Shown: one piece after another, positions 36,769 to 64,000 of the stretch
Position numbering within the stretch: position 1 is the first letter of the stretch
Layout: each line of letters begins with the position of its first letter
Assembly (NCBI RefSeq): GCF_021028975.2
Contig: NC_059428.1
Span: 74,896,001 to 74,960,000, forward strand
Length of the DNA: 64,000 nucleotides
Reading direction: 5' to 3'
Origin: Sphaerodactylus townsendi
Taxonomy: Eukaryota
The notes under the pieces: model-generated
Database searches by the model: none
Seen by the model: the letters and a program-made list of their open reading frames with translations, nothing else
Told to the model about the DNA's origin: nothing
Made by a program: the position numbers and the translations under genes

Positions 36769-36957
36769 TGTATTGTCAAAGGCTTTCACAACCGAATCAC
36801 TGGAGTGTTGTGTGGTTTCTTGGCTGTATGGCCATGTTCTAGTAGCATCTTCTCCTGATGTTTCACCTGCATCTGCCAACCACAGATGCAGATGAAATGT
36901 CAGGAGAAAATGCTACTAGAACCCGGCCATACAGCCCAGAAACCACACAACACCCCA
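36769..36957 (-). mobile_element. Penelope-like inverted pseudo-LTR fragment downstream of the CYBB stop
   Basis: tgtattgtcaaaggctttcac end plus inverted arms tgttgtgtggtttc...cctgcatctg / cagatgcag...gaaaccacacaaca. Confidence 0.7.
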
Positions 36958-37375
36958 CTTGTATAGTTGGCTGTCTACTATTTTCTTCACAGTGCTACAT
37001 ATTTAGGGATGGCTTTTTAATTTTTACTACTTTATCCTTCCTGCATGGAAGTAATGTTTTGGTTACTTATTAATAGCTGCAACATTTTACTTTATTAATC
37101 CACCATCTTTTTCACAGGCCTTTGTATCTGCTGCTTATCACCCCCATTTTTCAAGAGCTGGTAAAATTAACAAGACTGAGGAAAGCCCCATAAGTTTAAA
37201 ACCAGAGAATAGGATATTTGCTAAATCACAATGCAAAAGCTAACATAAGCAGAACACACAATTTTTAAATTACACTGGGGCAAGATTCTAGTGAAATGGT
37301 AATTTGTTGTACTAATATTCAGTATTGAAACCCAGCCATTTTATTTATTTATTTTAAATCTGGGGAGAAGAATGT

Positions 37376-59513
<22,138 letters not shown>

Positions 59514-59555
59514 GATGACTGTTGAGAGGAGAATAGAATGGTATTGTTCTTTCTG

Positions 59556-59601
59556 AGATAAGTGTTTATAAGGGGTTTTTTTCCAGTAAAGGAAGTGAAA
59601 C
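59556..59601 (-). promoter_or_regulatory. CYBB proximal promoter: GATA site (59556-59561), TATA-like box (59565-59570 on -), Ets-IRF composite element GGAAGTGAAAC (59591-59601)
   Basis: Motifs read directly 40-90 bp upstream of the CYBB ATG; GGAAnnGAAA is the PU.1/IRF composite consensus. Confidence 0.7.
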
Positions 59602-59710
59602 CTACAAACTTGCATCAATCTGGTTCCCTATTTCATACTGTTTAGAACTGATTAACCACTCAGATGGTCAAATTCTTAAACCTTCATTCTTAAACTGTCG
59701 CCTTCAGTAA

Positions 59711-59852
59711 GGCCCCTTCAGCACATGCAGGATAAGTAAGGCCCCTTCCGCACATGCAGAATAAGTAAGGCCTCTTCTGCACATGCAGAATAAGTAAGGC
59801 CCCTTCTGCGCATGCAGAATAAGTGCATTATTCTGCATGTGCAGAAGGGGCC
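59711..59852. repeat. Harbinger-like MITE derivative: four tandem 29-bp left-end copies plus one right TIR
   Basis: (ggccccttccgcacatgcagaataagtaa) about x4, then gcattattctgcatgtgcagaaggggcc; TAA flanks. Confidence 0.85.
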
Positions 59853-59888
59853 TAATTTAAACAGGGCAGAACTGGCATGTTTAAAATC

Positions 59889-59960
59889 GAATGAATGAAT
59901 GAATGAATGAATGAATGAATGAATGAATGAATGAATGAATGAATGAATGAATGAATGAAT
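59889..59960. repeat. (GAAT)n microsatellite
   Basis: Read directly from sequence. Confidence 0.98.
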
Positions 59961-60019
59961 CATGGCCCTGAAACAACCTCACTGTTAAGATATTTTATTT
60001 CTTAAAGCATAAGAACGCT

Positions 60020-60898
60020 GGTCCATTCTGCACAGCAGAAATAAAATGTCCTGCAGATGTTTTAAAAAGATCCATTTTGGCTTTTTGTGTTCCCACAGCA
60101 TGGCGAACACAAGCTTTGCCAGCCAAAACAGTTCTTTTTTCCTGAACTGCTGACTGATGGAGCTCTGGTCAATTTCAGAGTTGCACCCACCATTTTGTGT
60201 GCTGTTGCAGAGATTCTCCTGCCTCCACCATCCGCTGAAGGTTCTCCACACAGATTTCATCTGCTTTCAGCTCATCCGCATGATATTTCCATGTAAAAAT
60301 TAGATGAATAAAGTTTGTTTTGCCTAGAGATCTCACACACCTGTCGTTTTTCCTTTATGTTGCTGTTCTCAGGGGAATGTCTGCAAAGCTATGACAACAC
60401 AGATATGTGCATATTGCAGCTTCTCTAATCATGATGTCATAGCTTTGCAGACATCCCCTGAAAACAAAAAAAAAAGGAAAAATGACACGTGCATGGGATT
60501 GTAAGGCAAAACAAACTTTATTTATCTACATTTTACACAGAAATTGTGCAGAGATGAGCTGAAAACAGAGGAAATCTCTGTGGGAAAGCCTTCAGAGAAT
60601 TTCTGCTGCAGCACACAAAATGGTGGGTACAAGTGGCAAAAATGAAAGTAAGAGATTTGGGCAGGCAAAATAAAATGTTTCCTGCCTGCTTTTGTTCACT
60701 CAGCAGGCAGGAAATGTCTTCAACCTGGGTTGGGGGCGGGGGGGAGATTGTTAATTTAGTGATTTTTGGAAAACCTGGGTTGAGAAAAAGAAAACATTCT
60801 GAAGACACTTTGGGGGAGGGAGCTGTGCAAACCTCTTCCCCAAAATACTTTTTAAAACATCCTCAGAATGTTTTATTTCTGCTGTGCGGAAGTCACCA
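60020..60898. mobile_element. Large fold-back (MITE-like) element upstream of CYBB
   Basis: Ends ttctgcacagcagaaataaaatgt / atgttttatttctgctgtgcggaa; long imperfect inverted arms centred near 60415. Confidence 0.7.
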
Positions 60899-61501
60899 TT
60901 GGCAAGACTGCAGATACCATCCATTCTAGCTCGTTGTGTTCTCTTGCTGCACTTCAGTTTATGCACACATAAAAAAAGAACTTCTAATTTGCTTTATGTT
61001 TTGTATTTATGTTATTTATTGCCCCAAGCCTGGAATTTCTGGGGGAGTGATAGGATAAAAATGGAATGAAATAAATAAATGAAATCAATAATAGTGAGAT
61101 ACAGCAAGCAAATATTTGGGAGAAGTCTTTAACTTGGCTGGGAAGGAAAGCAGGCTACATTCACATGTTTTCATTCATAAGAGATAACGAAAGAACATTA
61201 GTGAAAAAAGAAACAGTACCAACAAATTACAGAAACTGATTCTTTTGCATGCAGAAGAAATTCAATGCAATGTTTGAAGAAATAGTGCCCCTTTGTGGAC
61301 AAATGGAGAGATTTTTTTAAAAAATCTGGTTATGCAAATATTTTTTCCTGTTTAAGACAGACCTAGAAAAGAGAGATGGGGAAACCTTCACTAATTAATA
61401 AGAATATTTTGAGAATAAGCTGCAATTGTGGCATCCAACCTGGCCTAGTTGAGTCATGCAAGTTGGTTAACATCAAGTCACCCAGAGGGTGCTCCCAGAC
61501 C

Positions 61502-61717
61502 TAGGGTTGCCAATCTTTAGGTGAGACTTGGAGATCTCCCAGAATTTCAACTGAATTCCAGAAGATAGAGATCTTTCTCACTAGATAAAATGAATGCTTT
61601 GCAGGGTGGAATCTATGGCATTATATTTGGCCGAGGCCTCTCCCGCACCAAACTCCATCCTCCTCAGACTCAACCAAAAATCTCCAGGAATTTCCCAACC
61701 TGTAACTGGGAACCCTA
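61502..61717. mobile_element. hAT-like MITE with TAGGGTTGCCA ends
   Basis: TAGGGTTGCCA ... TGGGAACCCTA; imperfect 8-bp flanks cccagacc / gccaggcc. Confidence 0.6.
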
Positions 61718-62133
61718 GCCAGGCCTGGTCCTAATGAATCCTCTCCCAGAGGTCAATGCTCAGCCTGGAATAGTATGGAATACTGTGGTTGCCAAACACC
61801 AGCTACAGGCACTCCTTTTTGTCATTTTGGGGTTTTTAAAACCCCCAATTTATTTATTTTTTAGATTTTATATTTTTCTCCAAACCTGGTGCCGTTTCCA
61901 GGCTTTAGAAAGATCTGTTAAATATCCTCAGATGTGACTGACTTTGCTATTAGTATGTAAATTAATAATTGGGAATCATAAGAAACACATGAACAAGGAG
62001 CAGGATAAATCATAACTTTTTTCATTCCTTCAGGTTGTTGGGGAGAAGACAATACCCCCCCCTCTCCTCATCAGCTGACAGCTGACAGCCTGCGTAGCAG
62101 GCTGTCCTGTCCACCATCCTTCTCCCTTCTACC

Positions 62134-62715
62134 TCCCAGGTGTCAACCTGCATAACCCTAGAAATGCTAGCGTGTTCCCCAGCTATCTGTCATGCTATTC
62201 CCTAGCTGGCAATTGTAGTGGCTGAGTGTATCTGTGTGTGTGTCATTCGCTTTGGAAGTTGGCTCTACTTGGCAAGTCCAGGGTGTTTCTGTGTAGCGTT
62301 TTTAATCTGTGTTCAACAGACTGGCATCCCTCTCAGTCCCTCCCAAGAGGAGCTGTTCATGAGCGGGAGTGAAGCGCCGTTTGAAACTGCAAAAGGAGCC
62401 GTCAGGCTCGCCTTCCCACCCACCCAGGTGTCAATCTGCATAACCCTAGAAATGCTAGCGTGTTCCCCCAGCTATCCGTCATGCTATTCCCTAGCTGGCA
62501 ATTGTAGTGGCTGAGTGTATCTGTGTGTGTGTGTGTGTGTGATTCACTTTGGAAGTTGGCTGTACTCGGCAAGTCCAGGGGCGTTTCTCCCTAGCGTTTG
62601 TAATCTGCGTTCAACATGCTGGCATCCCCCCGCCCTTCCCCAAGCCCTGCTGTGTGTGTGTGTGTGTGTGAGAAGGAGAGAGCCCCTTGCTCGTTGAAAC
62701 TGCAAAAGAGCTGCT
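62134..62715. repeat. Two tandem ~290-310-bp units
   Basis: cccaggtgtcaa.ctgcataaccctagaaatgctagcgtgttcccc... at about 62134 and 62423. Confidence 0.85.
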
Positions 62716-63689
62716 AACGGGTGGGGTGTTCCCCTCCCACTTATCAAACGCTCATCTCCCCCCCCCTCGCTCTTCTCCTCGAGGGTTCTTGGAATAAGTC
62801 CTTTATGTGTGCAGCGCGCCTGTTTCCAAACGTTGTTGTAAAAACAGACCCTTTCTCCCCTCCCAAAAGCCAAGGCGTTTGAATCATGCATCTTTCCCAT
62901 CTCCGGAGCGGTCTTGGAATAAGCCCCCCCCCCCTATGTTTGCAGCCTGCTTCTTTCCAAACTTTGTTGTAAAAGCATCCTCCCTCCCCAAAGCCAAAGG
63001 GTTTACCGAAAACAATTGGGAACCGCCCAGCGCGTTCCTTCCCTGCCTACGCTGAGGTTTGAATACGAAAGCCCCGCAGTCTGCATTTCAGCACTATTTC
63101 CGCAAAAGGAAGCTCACCTTTTGTTTCTAAAGTGTATTGTGAAAAGCATCCTGCCCTACGGGGGCTGCTTTCTGAAAGCAGAGGTCGTCCAGAAAATAAA
63201 AAAAAAGGAGCAGAGAGCGTTTTGCAGGGTTTTTTCCCTAAAAGGAACGTGACTTCCTGAAAGAGTCCGTCCTGTGTTTTCCCTCCTCCCCCTCAGGGCA
63301 GTATGGCCGGGGAGCTTAATAGGGACTGGACCGATCTGTGCACCCTGCATGGTGTTCCTGACAAACCAGGAAGCATGCTTTTAAGAAAATAATAAAGTGT
63401 TTTTCCAGGCAAGAGCTGGTCGTTATTCTCGTGTGCTATGCAAAGCACCGCTTGTGTAATTCTGTCCCTCCCCAGCGAAGCAGCAGCTGCAGTCGCTGCA
63501 AAGTTTTCAGATTCTTCGTGATACCGCCACCCATGCGAGTTTTACGAAGCGCAGGTACAGCATACCGGCATGTCCCTTCTAGAGTGTCGAATGAAGGCGC
63601 AGAGCTTCCTGTCACCCTTGGGCTTATAATTTAATGGCAGGCAGTCCGCCGTGGTTGGGGCTGGGGATGACGCTGCAATTTGTGATTTC

Positions 63690-64000
63690 ACGGGTGTGCG
63701 ACCCATCAATCAACCCGGCTCGCTCGGCAGAAGCCGGCGATGTCATTTTAGGGCGGTGCGGTGCTCTTTGGGGCTCCCCTGGAGATTGGGAACGGCCGAA
63801 TTTGGCCCAAAAAAGTTGATTTCCAGGCCATACGACGTGCCAATCAACCAGGCATGATCGGCAGAAGCCCGTGCAGTCGTTTTAGGGCGATGCGGGGCTC
63901 TTTGGTCGTTATCAGCCGGCGGCCATGTCGGGCGGGTCAAGTATCAATTTTGATTCCGTGTGCTGTGTGAGACGTCAATCAACTCGGCTCGATCTAGCGA
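63690..64000. repeat. CpG-rich ~135-bp degenerate tandem repeat running off the window edge
   Basis: caatcaac..ggc.cg.tcggcagaagcc...ttttagggcg.tgcgg.gctctttgg at about 63707 and 63841, third start at about 63976. Confidence 0.7.

Noticed and set aside
59711-59852. CRISPR-like array of 29-bp repeats
   Set aside because: Units are contiguous with no unique spacers, they match a MITE TIR, the DNA is eukaryotic and there are no cas genes
59718-59963. ORF MIHSFIHSFIHSF...
   Set aside because: Translation of the (GAAT)n microsatellite and the TIR repeats

Overview
Vertebrate genomic DNA, almost certainly a squamate reptile and probably a gecko, judged from the SINE, L2, Penelope and hAT repeat content. 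It holds two complete spliced genes in convergent orientation. DYNLT3 is on + (5 coding exons, 9383-17956, 351 nt, 116 aa). CYBB/NOX2 (gp91phox) is on - (13 coding exons, 59513-37376, 1713 nt, 570 aa). All introns are GT-AG and I reconstructed both genes by hand. A CpG island at about 3.5-4.3 kb may be the 5' end of a leftward gene (SYTL5 by synteny, inference only). The rest is intron or intergenic DNA rich in L2/L1/CR1 LINE pieces, tRNA- and 5S-derived SINEs, hAT, Tc1-pogo and Harbinger-type MITEs, and Penelope-type inverted repeats. Most notable: a decayed duplicate of DYNLT3 exon 1 with a dead splice donor, a hammerhead-ribozyme-like core in Penelope palindromes inside CYBB, a tandemly amplified transposon end beside the CYBB Ets-IRF promoter element, and a near-full-length L2 with a ~200-bp monomer array at its 5' side. 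I found no convincing evidence of a wholly new biological system. Most ORFs in the supplied track are spurious.
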